Shown: piece after piece, positions 52,967 to 62,188 of the stretch
Layout of the letters: the number at the start of each line of letters is the position of its first letter
Numbering within the stretch: position 1 is the stretch's first letter
Assembly (NCBI GenBank): GCA_047601445.1
Contig: JASGJH010000001.1
Location: forward strand, 6,336,001-6,400,000
From: Myxococcales bacterium
Lineage (GTDB): Bacteria; Myxococcota_A; Polyangia; Polyangiales; DASUME01
Reading direction: 5' to 3'
DNA length: 64,000 nucleotides
Notes under the pieces: model-generated
Seen by the model: the letters and a program-made list of their open reading frames with translations, nothing else
Databases searched by the model: none
What the model was told of the DNA's origin: nothing
Program-made: the position numbers and the translations under genes

Positions 52967-54427
52967 TTGATTTCTGCAGAAATGTTCGGCCTATGGGCCG
53001 TGGTGGTGATCACCTTCGTGGTGCTCGTAGTGGCCACCCTGATGTTCTTGGCCGCGCGCTACAAGCGTTGTCCTTCGGACGCCGTCTTGGTGGTGTTCGG
53101 TAAGGTCGGCGAGGGCCAACACGCCAACTGCATCCATGGTGGCGGCGCCTTCATCTGGCCGCTGATCCAGGACTACAAGTATTTGAGCCTCACGCCCATG
53201 TCGATCGGCATCGACCTGCGCAACGCCCTCTCGCTGCAGAACATCCGCATCAACGTGCCCAGCACGTTCACGTGCGGTGTGAGCACGCTGCCGGCCATCA
53301 TGAACAACGCCGCCGAGCGTCTGCTCGGCCTTAACTCCCCGCAGATCGAGGAGATGGCCCGCGAGATCATCTTCGGCCAGCTGCGCCTCACGGTGGCCTC
53401 GCTCACCATCGAGCAGATCAACCAGGATCGCGAGAGCTTCCTGGACTCCATCCGCAAGAACGTGGAGCCCGAGCTCAACAAGATCGGCCTCTACCTCATC
53501 AACGTCAACATCACCGACATCACCGATGAGTCGAACTACATCGACAGCATCGGCAAGAAGGCCGCCTCCGAGGCCATCAACCGCGCCCGCGTGGACGTGG
53601 CCGAGCAGGAGAAGATCGGCGCCGTCGGTCAGTCGGTGGCGCAGCGCGATCGCGAAGTGCAGGTGGCGCAGAACACCGCCGAGGCTGCCAAGGGCCAGAA
53701 GGCCGCCGACGCCGAGCGCCGCGTGTTCGTGCAGCAGCGTGAAGCCGAGGCGGTGAGCGGCGAGAACGCGGCCCAGGCCAGCATCGCCAAGAGCACCGCC
53801 GAGCTCAACGTGCAAAAGGCCGAGGCCCACAGGGTGGCCGAGGTCGCGCTGCGCGAAGCCCAGGTGCAAATCCAGAAGATCGAGGCCCTCGCGGAGAAGG
53901 AGCGTCTCACGGCGAGCGAGGTCGTGCGTCAGGAGATCGAGCGGCAAAAGGCCGAGATCCTGGCGGCTGCCGAGGCCGAGCAGACGCGCCTGCGCGCGCG
54001 CGGTGAAGCCGACGCGGTGCGGGCCCGCTATGACGCCGAGGCGGAGGGCGTACGCAAGGTCCTGCAGAGCAAGGCCGAGGGCTATCGGGCGCTGGTGGAG
54101 AGCTGCAACGGGGATCCGCGCGCGGCCGCTTCGCTATTGATGATCGAGAAGATCGAGGAGCTGGTGAAGGCCCAGGTCGAGGCCGTGAAGAACCTCAAGA
54201 TCGACAAGGTCACGGTCTGGGACGGCGGCGCTGGCGGACACGCCAACGGACAGGGCTCCTCGGCCACCGCCAACTTCGCCAGCAGCTTGATCAAGAGCCT
54301 GCCGCCGCTGCACGAGGTGGCCAAGATGGCCGGTGTGGAGCTGCCCGAGTACCTCGGCGAGATGCTGCCCGAGCGCAAGGGTGAGCCCGTCGTGGCCGCG
54401 CCGCCGAGCCCCAACGGCGCCGCTTGA
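52967..54427 (+). CDS. flotillin (SPFH) family protein
   Basis: N-terminal TM, RYKRCPSD, GGG.FIWP.IQDY, SPFH domain, AEA coiled-coil repeats, IDKVTVWD. Confidence 0.92.
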   Translation: MISAEMFGLWAVVVITFVVLVVATLMFLAARYKRCPSDAVLVVFGKVGEGQHANCIHGGGAFIWPLIQDYKYLSLTPMSIGIDLRNALSLQNIRINVPSTFTCGVSTLPAIMNNAAERLLGLNSPQIEEMAREIIFGQLRLTVASLTIEQINQDRESFLDSIRKNVEPELNKIGLYLINVNITDITDESNYIDSIGKKAASEAINRARVDVAEQEKIGAVGQSVAQRDREVQVAQNTAEAAKGQKAADAERRVFVQQREAEAVSGENAAQASIAKSTAELNVQKAEAHRVAEVALREAQVQIQKIEALAEKERLTASEVVRQEIERQKAEILAAAEAEQTRLRARGEADAVRARYDAEAEGVRKVLQSKAEGYRALVESCNGDPRAAASLLMIEKIEELVKAQVEAVKNLKIDKVTVWDGGAGGHANGQGSSATANFASSLIKSLPPLHEVAKMAGVELPEYLGEMLPERKGEPVVAAPPSPNGAA

Positions 54428-54561
54428 GCTGTCCCTCGAGCTCGCGCGCTCACGCGCCCGGTGAGCTCTCCCACAGGAACGGTGTCATCGACTCACCCGG
54501 TGGCGCCGGTCACACAAAAAAGTTGCACTAGCAGTAGGATCTTGGTCGCCGATGTGGGACG

Positions 54562-55059
54562 ATGCCGTCCATGCCGACCCCCCGTTCCTTGACCTACGAC
54601 TACGCTTCGAACCCCGATGAAGTCTTTGCTTTGCTGCGCGACCCCGAGTTCCTTAAGCGTCGCTGCGAGGCTGCCGGTGAGAGCAACGTCGACATCCAGA
54701 TCAGCGAGACCGGCGACGGCGTACGCGTGATCACCGCCCGCGACAAGGCCGTGGACCTGCCCTCGTTCGCCAAGCGCATGTTCCAGCCCCAGAACCGCAT
54801 CGTGGAGAACACCACCTGGCGCCGCCAGGGGGACCGCTGGGTGGCCGAGTACGCCATCGAGATCAAGGGCATCCCCGGCGAGGTGCGCGGCCGCAGCACG
54901 CTGGCTCCGAGCCCCATGGGCTGCCGCTACGAGACCCGCTTCGAGGTCACCGCGCGTATCCCGGTCGTGGGTGGCAAGCTCGAGGGCTTCGTGGCCGAGC
55001 GCATCGAAGAGCAGCTTCGCACCAACGCCGAGCGCAACGACGCACAGCTCAAGAGCTGA
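54562..55059 (+). CDS. DUF2505 (START/SRPBCC-like) protein
   Basis: Y...PDEVF..L.DP.F, LPSFAKRM, V..RIPVVGGKLE. Confidence 0.75.
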   Translation: MPSMPTPRSLTYDYASNPDEVFALLRDPEFLKRRCEAAGESNVDIQISETGDGVRVITARDKAVDLPSFAKRMFQPQNRIVENTTWRRQGDRWVAEYAIEIKGIPGEVRGRSTLAPSPMGCRYETRFEVTARIPVVGGKLEGFVAERIEEQLRTNAERNDAQLKS

Positions 55060-55142
55060 GCACGTCGACCATCGCGCCGCTCCGTTTTTGTGGCTCGCGA
55101 GGCGGAACCTCCCGCTTCGACCGGGCACAATGATCGAAGCCC

Positions 55143-55838
55143 ATGGCGCGGAGCTATGTCCAGACCAAAGCCCTCGCGGTCTCTGCCATCGAAGAGCAGG
55201 GGGCGTTGCTGGTGTATCCGCTCGCGAACCGGCGTGATCCGCCCTCGTTGTGGCGCGTGCTCCATCCGCGCGTCGAGATGCGCTGGGCCTGGGATCAAGG
55301 CGCCGACGATCGCGTGGTGAAGCTGTGGCAGCTGCGGGAGGAGCTCGCGCGCGAGAAGCGCGTGGTGTACGGGAAGTGGTACCGGGGACGGGCCACCTTC
55401 TTCTCGCGTACGCTGTTCGTGGACATGTTGGCGGTACTACAGGGGGTGGAGGAGCCGCTCTCCGACGAGGCCAACGAGCTGCTTGCTCTGTTGCGGGACG
55501 ATTCACCGCAGTCCACCAAGGCGCTGCGCCGCGAGGCCGGACTCAGCGGTCGCGCCGGAGAGCACGTGTGGACACGCGCGCTGCGCGAGCTGTGGGAGCG
55601 TTGCCTGATCGTGGGCGTCGGCGAGATCGACGATGGGGCCTTTCCCTCGTTGGCAGTGGGCGCCACACAGACCCTGTTCGAGGACTTGTGGGACGAGGCG
55701 CAGCTCCGATCGCGGGAGTTAGCGCAGACCCAGGTGCAGGAGACGCTGAGCGGCACGGGCGTGGCGTTCCTCAAGATGTGGCGCGCGAGCCTGACTGCGC
55801 GCGCGAAAGTGACCGCGAGGGGCGTGAACGCGGTGTAG
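55143..55838 (+). CDS. AlkZ-related winged-helix protein
   Basis: W..REEL.....VVYGKWYRGRATFFS, STKALRREAG, AL..L....LIV. Confidence 0.55.
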   Translation: MARSYVQTKALAVSAIEEQGALLVYPLANRRDPPSLWRVLHPRVEMRWAWDQGADDRVVKLWQLREELAREKRVVYGKWYRGRATFFSRTLFVDMLAVLQGVEEPLSDEANELLALLRDDSPQSTKALRREAGLSGRAGEHVWTRALRELWERCLIVGVGEIDDGAFPSLAVGATQTLFEDLWDEAQLRSRELAQTQVQETLSGTGVAFLKMWRASLTARAKVTARGVNAV

Positions 55839-55865
55839 ATTGAACGCGGGGAAGCCGAGCGTTCG

Positions 55866-56960
55866 ATGCGTCATGCGATCGAAGTGCACGCCGTGAGCAA
55901 GTCCTTCGAAGTGGGCACGCGCCCGCCGCGCTGGAGAACCGGGCGGAGTGAGCGATCCGTCGTACAGGCCTTGCAGGAGGTCTCCATGCATGTCGCGGCG
56001 GGCGAGATCTTCGGGCTCGTCGGTCGCAACGGCTACGGCAAGACCACGCTCATCAAGTGCATCTGCGCGCTGCTCGAACCCAGTCAGGGACGGCTCACCG
56101 TGTTGGGACACGACGTCGTCCGAGAAGCGCAGGCGGTGCGCGCCGTACTCGGCTACGTGGGCGCCGACGAGCGCAGCTTCTACTTCCGCTTGAGCGGCCG
56201 GCAAAACCTGGAGTTCTTTGCGCGTCTACACGGCGTCTCCGCGGAGCGCGCCCGCGTGCGCATCGGCATGCTCGCCGAGCGCTTCGAGATCACGAGCCTG
56301 CTCGAGCGGCGTTTCTACGAGTATTCCACCGGCAACCGTCAGCGGCTCGCCATGGTGCGCGCGCTCTTGCACGACCCCAAGCTGCTAGTGCTGGACGAGC
56401 CCACGCGCAGCCTCGACGCCTTCGCCGCCGGCGGCCTGCGGCGTACGCTGAGGGAGTGGGTGCGCGAAGATGCCGAGCGCAGCGTGCTGATTACGAGCCA
56501 CAACCTGGAGGAGGTGGAGCAGCTCAGCCAACGCGTGGGCATCATGACGCGCGGCCGCCTGTCCCAGTGCGGCACCCTGGCCGAGCTGCGGGCACGCTTC
56601 GACGACCGCGAGTGGGTGCGCCTGTGGCTCGATGGGCCGGTGGACCTGAGCGAGCTACGCGCCAGCCTCGAGGGGCTCTCTGTGCTTGGGCTGCATGCGG
56701 GCGACGACGCGCTGCACGGCCACTTTCTGGAGTTTCGCCGGCAGGCGCGCGACGCGCTGTTGGATCGGGTGCTGAGGCAGCTCCCACGACAAGGACGGCG
56801 CCTGTTGTCCTTCGAGTGCCGTGAGCTCTCGCTGCAGGACATCGTAGACCGGGTGGACACGGGCAGGCCGGACCAGGAGGCTCCTCCTCCGAGGGAGCGT
56901 CTGAGCGTCGCGCCGGGCGAGCGCGTGCCGGCCGTCGAAGCCGCCTCGGAGCGACCATGA
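55866..56960 (+). CDS. ABC-2 type transporter ATP-binding protein
   Basis: GRNGYGKTT, YSTGNRQR signature, LVLDEPT, TSH. Confidence 0.93.
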   Translation: MRHAIEVHAVSKSFEVGTRPPRWRTGRSERSVVQALQEVSMHVAAGEIFGLVGRNGYGKTTLIKCICALLEPSQGRLTVLGHDVVREAQAVRAVLGYVGADERSFYFRLSGRQNLEFFARLHGVSAERARVRIGMLAERFEITSLLERRFYEYSTGNRQRLAMVRALLHDPKLLVLDEPTRSLDAFAAGGLRRTLREWVREDAERSVLITSHNLEEVEQLSQRVGIMTRGRLSQCGTLAELRARFDDREWVRLWLDGPVDLSELRASLEGLSVLGLHAGDDALHGHFLEFRRQARDALLDRVLRQLPRQGRRLLSFECRELSLQDIVDRVDTGRPDQEAPPPRERLSVAPGERVPAVEAASERP

Positions 56961-57757
56961 ACTTCTGGCGCTGTGCGTTCGCGTTCTTCGCGCGGGATGC
57001 GGCCCTGGCCCTCAGCTATCCGGTCTCCTTCGCGCTCGCCCTGCTCGGGACCATCGGGCGCACCCTCATGCTCTGGCTGCCGGCTCAGCTGATGGAGGAC
57101 AGCAGCCTCTTCACGGGCGCGCGCGGCTTCTTGGCCTACTCCATCGTGGGGACCTCCATGGTGGGCATCTTCCTGGCCAGCTACGGCGGCGTGGCCAGCT
57201 CGGTGCGCAGCGAGCAGGCCATGGGGACCCTGGAGTCGGTGCTCATGACGCCGGCCACCCTACCGGCCGTAGTGCTCGGGGCGAGTCTGTGGAGTGTGTC
57301 CCTGGCGCTGATCGACGCAGGCCTGACCTTGGCGATGGGCGCGCTGGCTTTCGGCGTGGAGCTGCGCGGGAACTTCCTCGCGGCCGCGCTGCTGGTGTTC
57401 CTCACCAATCTCAGCTTCGCGGCGGTGGGTGTGCTGTCGGCGTCGTTCGCGGTGGTGTTCAAGAAGGGGGATCCCTTTCGGATCCTGGTGGCGGGCGCGT
57501 CGTTCCTGGCCGGGGGCGTGTTTTACCCGAACGAGATCCTGCCGCGCTGGATGCAGCTCTGTGCGCAGGGCCTGCCCGTGACCCACGGTGTGCGCGCGCT
57601 GCGCGGCGTGTTGCTCCAGGGAGAGAGCCTGTTCGCCTTCACCACTGAACTCATTGCGCTGCTCGGCTTCGCAGTAGTCGGCGTGCCGCTCGCGATCGCG
57701 TGCTTCGCGTGGTCACTTCGTCTGGCCAAGCGTGAGGGAAGTTTGCTCCAATACTGA
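56957..57757 (+). CDS. ABC-2 type transporter permease
   Basis: 6 TM, EQ..GTLE..L.TP, GGVFYP...LP.W; ATGA coupling. Confidence 0.9.
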   Translation: MNFWRCAFAFFARDAALALSYPVSFALALLGTIGRTLMLWLPAQLMEDSSLFTGARGFLAYSIVGTSMVGIFLASYGGVASSVRSEQAMGTLESVLMTPATLPAVVLGASLWSVSLALIDAGLTLAMGALAFGVELRGNFLAAALLVFLTNLSFAAVGVLSASFAVVFKKGDPFRILVAGASFLAGGVFYPNEILPRWMQLCAQGLPVTHGVRALRGVLLQGESLFAFTTELIALLGFAVVGVPLAIACFAWSLRLAKREGSLLQY

Positions 57758-57759
57758 GC

Positions 57760-58077
57760 ATGCACTCCAAGCCCCCATTGGCCCGCGCGCTGGCCATGAG
57801 CACCATCGTGGTCGCCGCAGGGGGACGCGTGTCCACCGTGCACTCGCCGGAGAAGCGAAACGAGACCGTCCTGGTCCACGTGGCCACCGGCAAGTACTAC
57901 AGTCTCAACCGCGCTGGTAGCTTCGTCTGGGAGCAGCTCAAGAAACCGGTAAGCTTGGGGCAAATCGTGGATGTGATGGTGACCAAGTTCGATGTCGATC
58001 GGCCGCGCTGCGAGGCGGACGTGCGTGACATCATCGCGAGCCTACTCGATGCCGGTTTGGTCCAAGCTCGCCCCTAG
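57760..58077 (+). CDS. PqqD-family RiPP recognition element (lasso B1-like)
   Basis: ETVLVH..TGKYYSLN..GS.VWE.L..P......V..M...FDV....CEADV......L...GLV. Confidence 0.88.
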   Translation: MHSKPPLARALAMSTIVVAAGGRVSTVHSPEKRNETVLVHVATGKYYSLNRAGSFVWEQLKKPVSLGQIVDVMVTKFDVDRPRCEADVRDIIASLLDAGLVQARP

Positions 58078-58525
58078 TCTGCGAAGCCTCTCGCGCCTGG
58101 GCAGACGTTCACCGCGCGAGCAACTGTTGGTGGTGGAGGCGGCTGCGCATTTGGTGGCGGCCAAGGCCATGCTGAAGCTGCTGCCGTTCGAGCACTGGCG
58201 CAGTCAGCTGGCGCGTGAGCCTGTGCAAGGGAGCGCGGTGCTGCCGTCGGCGCCGCGGCTGTCGGAGCTCGCGTGGGCCGTGAACGGCGTGGGGGCGCGC
58301 TTCCCGGAGCGCTTGAACTGCCTGCCCCGAGCCCTCGCCACGCGCTGGATGATGCAGCGTCGGGGCTGGTCGAGCAGCCTGGAGATCGGCGTAGCGCGCG
58401 ATGCCCAGGGCAACCTGGAGGCCCACGCGTGGATTGAGCATGAGGGCCAGGTGGTGATTGGGCTGGTACCGAACCTCGAGCGCTTCCAGAAGCTGCCCGA
58501 GGTGGCTGCACAGCACCTGCGTTGA
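58049..58525 (+). CDS. lasso peptide B2-like transglutaminase-fold leader peptidase
   Basis: CLPRALA, L.IGV......LEAHAWIE (catalytic Cys/His). Confidence 0.88.
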   Translation: MPVWSKLAPSLRSLSRLGRRSPREQLLVVEAAAHLVAAKAMLKLLPFEHWRSQLAREPVQGSAVLPSAPRLSELAWAVNGVGARFPERLNCLPRALATRWMMQRRGWSSSLEIGVARDAQGNLEAHAWIEHEGQVVIGLVPNLERFQKLPEVAAQHLR

Positions 58526-58568
58526 AGCGCTGTCTCGGGCGCCTTACCGCTCTTGGTGACGACTCTCG

Positions 58569-59492
58569 CTAGCGCGCTGTCTCGAGCAGCCGCTGCGCGG
58601 TGTAGAGTCGATACTTGCCCGACCGGTCGGAGGAAAACACGATGTAGGACTGATCGTCACTCAGCCAGGCGTCGCGGTCATCGGCGTCACTGTTGAGTTC
58701 GCTGAGTTCTTTCAGGAACTGAAAGGGCGCTCCAGGCGCGTCGCGGCCTGCGAGCACGAGGTCCTCGTCGTCCGTGTAGAGCAAGTGCAGCGCGTCGGCC
58801 GCGGGGAAGGCGTCGGTCTCGGCTCCGTCGCGATCGAGCTCGCTCAGCGGCTGTGGTTCTCCCCAGTCGTCGGCGGGGTGGGCGCGTTCGGCCGCGTAGA
58901 GCGCATAGTCTTCGTCTTCTCCTGCACGCCGCGCCAAGTAGGCCATGAGCGCATCGCGGTCGACGGCGCTGATCAGGTCGTCTCCCGGCGAGCTGAGAGT
59001 GGAGACGCGCTCTGGACTCCCCCAAGCGGCATCGCGCGTTTGGCGTCGAGCGACGTAGACGTCGAGTCCTCCAGCTCCTCCGGGACGATCACTGCTGAAC
59101 CAAAGGGAGAGGCCGTCACCGGAGAGCGCGAGGCCCGTCTCTCGGTGCTCGCTGTTGAGCTCGCTGACTGCCTCTGGCGTGGTCCATGGGTCCTCGAGAC
59201 GGGTCCGCGTGGCGAACCAGATGTCCTCGCGTGCGGTGCCTTCGCCATGCCGATTGAAGAACAGCGACAACCCGTCTGCGCTCAAGGAGGGATCATCGTC
59301 GTCGAGGTCTGTGTCTTCAGCCAGCTCCAGCAGACGTGGCTCGCCAAACTCGGGAACAGCGAGCGCGCCGGCGTCGGACTCCGCTGTTGGACGACCTGCG
59401 CCCAGTCGTAGCTGCTTCCCGTCACAACCCACGACGAGCAGCGCGACCATCTCCACCGCGAGAGCGAGCGCAACCTGGTGCGGTCTTGGCAC
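58569..59492 (-). CDS. lipoprotein with TolB/PD40-like beta-propeller repeats
   Basis: VVGC lipobox; PSLSADGLSLFF, FSSDRPGGAGGLDVY, P....ELNS repeats. Confidence 0.82.
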   Translation of the reverse strand: MPRPHQVALALAVEMVALLVVGCDGKQLRLGAGRPTAESDAGALAVPEFGEPRLLELAEDTDLDDDDPSLSADGLSLFFNRHGEGTAREDIWFATRTRLEDPWTTPEAVSELNSEHRETGLALSGDGLSLWFSSDRPGGAGGLDVYVARRQTRDAAWGSPERVSTLSSPGDDLISAVDRDALMAYLARRAGEDEDYALYAAERAHPADDWGEPQPLSELDRDGAETDAFPAADALHLLYTDDEDLVLAGRDAPGAPFQFLKELSELNSDADDRDAWLSDDQSYIVFSSDRSGKYRLYTAQRLLETAR

Positions 59493-59494
59493 CT

Positions 59495-60238
59495 CTACCT
59501 GCCGAGCGCGCGGGTCAGACTGCGCACCCGAGCGGAATGTGCGGAGCCTGGGTAGAGCTGCAAGAAGCGCCGTGCTGCGACGCGTGCTGCTTCTGGTTCG
59601 ATCGATGAGAGCGCCTCGATCTCGAGGACCATCGCCTCTTCTCGCAACGTTCCTCGTGGGAAGCTTCGGGCATGCTCGGTCAACGCAGCTAGCGCGGCGC
59701 CGGCATTCCCCTGGGCGAGGTGGGTGCGCGCACGATCGAGGAGGGCGATCTCACGGGTGAGCCCCGAGGCGGGCAGGGGACTGGACACCGGCGCATACTC
59801 GCCTTGAACCGGAGAGGAAGAGGGTGCAGCGACGGACGACGGCAGGACCCCCTGCGGCGCACTTGGCTGCACCGCACTCGGCACGCTGATCGCGCGCTGG
59901 CCGTAGATGGCCCCGGCGAGGCCGAGTCCGGCAGCTACCACGGCTAGCAGGATGGAGGACACCTTCGTGCCTACTACAGGAGCCAGGCTGGCGGTTCCGA
60001 CGCCACCCGCGGCAGCTCCCGCCGCACTCGGCGACGCAGAGGGCGCTCCACCCAGGGCTGGTACCCCGGAGGCTCCGCCCGCTTCGACGCCAGACACGAA
60101 GGCAGTCGAGGCCAGGCCCAGCGCCAGATTCAGACGTGCTCTTCCTTCGGGAGGTGGTTCCTCGAGCCAGCCTGCTCGCAGCAGCTCACGCTCGGTCTCG
60201 GTGGCACCGTCTTGGAGGAGCCTTGGCTCGCTGTTCAT
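59495..60238 (-). CDS. putative anti-sigma factor (single TM, C-terminal TPR-like domain)
   Basis: ERELLRAG..E.PP; EIALLDRAR..L..G....AL..L..H...FPRG.L.EEA; paralogous to 8674-9507. Confidence 0.72.
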   Translation of the reverse strand: MNSEPRLLQDGATETERELLRAGWLEEPPPEGRARLNLALGLASTAFVSGVEAGGASGVPALGGAPSASPSAAGAAAGGVGTASLAPVVGTKVSSILLAVVAAGLGLAGAIYGQRAISVPSAVQPSAPQGVLPSSVAAPSSSPVQGEYAPVSSPLPASGLTREIALLDRARTHLAQGNAGAALAALTEHARSFPRGTLREEAMVLEIEALSSIEPEAARVAARRFLQLYPGSAHSARVRSLTRALGR

Positions 60239-60825
60239 GTTCCGCTCCGCTCCGTCGTGGGCCCGCCTTCGTGGGCCACCAGCTCGCGAAAGCGCTCGCG
60301 TGCGCGACGCAGGCGCGATGCCACGGTTCCCAGGGCCAAGCCCGCCATGTCGGCGATCTCGGGGGCCGTCAATCCCTCCAGCTCGTAGAGCACGAACACC
60401 GTTCTCAGCTCGAATGGAAGCTGCGCCAGGATGCCGTCCAGTCGCTCGCGGGCGCGGCGCTGCTCCAGGAGCTCATCGGGCGCAGGTGTGAGCGAAGGTC
60501 GTGCGTCCGCATCGACGCCGTCCGCCTCTCGCCCGAGGCTGCGTCGCATGGCCTGCGCCACGCGCAGCGCGGTTCCGTAGGCAAAGCTGCGTTCGCGACC
60601 CGGCGTGATGTCCGACAAGCGCTCGGCGACGATCAGGAAGACTTGCTGCGTGGCGTCGTCGGCGCTCGCGGGGGCACAGCCGAGTCGGCGCAAGAGTCGC
60701 CAAATGAAGCGATAGTCCTCGGTCACCGAGCGCTCGAGTCGAGCACGCTCGAGTGCACTCGGCTGAGAGTCCACCTGCGCACAAGATGAGTTCGTGAGAC
60801 TCGCCGCCACGCCGGGATAATGCAT
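60235..60825 (-). CDS. ECF RNA polymerase sigma factor
   Basis: FIWRLLRRLG...ADDATQQVF, RTVFVLYELEGLT.PEIA...G...GTVASRLRRAR. Confidence 0.92.
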   Translation of the reverse strand: MHYPGVAASLTNSSCAQVDSQPSALERARLERSVTEDYRFIWRLLRRLGCAPASADDATQQVFLIVAERLSDITPGRERSFAYGTALRVAQAMRRSLGREADGVDADARPSLTPAPDELLEQRRARERLDGILAQLPFELRTVFVLYELEGLTAPEIADMAGLALGTVASRLRRARERFRELVAHEGGPTTERSGT

Positions 60826-60841
60826 TGGGGGCCCGATTCGA

Positions 60842-62024
60842 TCACCAGATCCGGATTCCGATGCCGATTTGCGCCCGGTATGTCAGGTGGGGCACCGCAT
60901 AGACGTGCTCCTCGCCGAGCAAGAAGCTGTGACGCCACAACGGAAAGAGCAGCTCGCCCTCCGCGAACAGGGAGACGCGCCGCCACAGGTGGAAAAATAC
61001 GCCGCCACCGGGTCCCAGTGCGCCCCAAGGAGCGGTCCGCTGCGTCGGTTCGAGCGTGTCCGAGCCGCTCGCTCTCATCTGACCGAACTCAGCGCTACCG
61101 CAGGCCGCGAGCGCAACGCGGCTCGTCGCAACCGCGAAGCGAAGACACAAGCTGGTGGCGGCCGCGAACCAGCGGAAGGAGGCCACTCCCTCACCCCTTT
61201 GCACGTCGAGCGGAAGGACGCTGCGCAGGCCCGCCCGGGCACTCAACTCGCCCCACGAGAATGAGCTCGTCAGGACTCCGCTCAGCGCGAGCCCTGGACG
61301 GAACATCGGGTGCAACGCCCGAAACGACGAGCGCGCCGAGTTCGAGGTTCCCATGCAGGTTGCGCGGTTGCGGCTCGGGCTCAGCCTCGGAAGTTTGCGG
61401 TGAGACCGGGACCCGGCTCGTGTCTGCGACTGAGGGGGCAGAATTGGCCGCCGAAGAGGGTGGACTCGTCGTTTCGCCCGTGGTCGGCGCCGCCGGCTTC
61501 GACGGTGCAGCGGCCTCGACGGAGGCATCGGACGCTCTAACTTGCGAGCCGGACACTCGCGACCGGGGCGTGGCCGAGGGGGGGTGGCGTGTCCCCTCGC
61601 GGGCACTCGAGTCCGTCGAGATCGAGCCCGCGGAACTCGGGTCGAGCATCAGCGCAGCGATCAAGGCGAGAGCATCCACGCCCTCCTGACAGTTGCGCGC
61701 TTCGATGCGCCGCTCGGCCGCGAGCCCCGAAGGCTGCACCCATGACACGCGTCCCACGATCTCGGATGCACCGGCCCCATGCTCGAGGGTCACGCTCAGC
61801 TGTCCCTGAGGTACGGCCGAGGCCGCAGCTGGGCTCAGGCGTGCGGTCACACGCTCCAGGAACAGGGCACGCCCCGGACAATCGGGTGGGGCGTCGTACC
61901 GCACCCCTGACAGCACTCGGTTTTGAGCGGGCGCCGGGCCGTCCACCGCCTGGGCATGCGCGACGCCCGCCCATGCGAGCGCGCTCGAACACGACAGAAC
62001 TGCTCGAAGAGTCCGGAAAAACAC
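60842..62024 (-). CDS. exported two-Cys-domain / beta-barrel protein, apparent +1 frameshift at 61308-61310
   Basis: signal AHA-Q; APPDCPGR..F..RV, R.IEA.NC......ALIAAL; removing one G joins GVAP to MFRPGL and ends ...IGIRIW; paralog of 10140-11216. Confidence 0.65.
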
Positions 62025-62188
62025 CGCGGTCGCACTCTACCGCGAACGCACCCCGTGACGGACGCTTCATTGACTCGACCGGCCAGCAGAGCGCCTGCTT
62101 TGGTTCCCTATCGGACCCGCTCCTTGGAGCTGCCAGGATTTTCTTGTGTCCGCCGTGATCGATTTGCCATGGCTCGGACATCACGGGC

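Noticed and set aside
55060..58568. lasso precursor peptide ORF
   Set aside because: Gaps are short and no small ORF with a YxxPxL leader and Thr-x-Gly core start was found.
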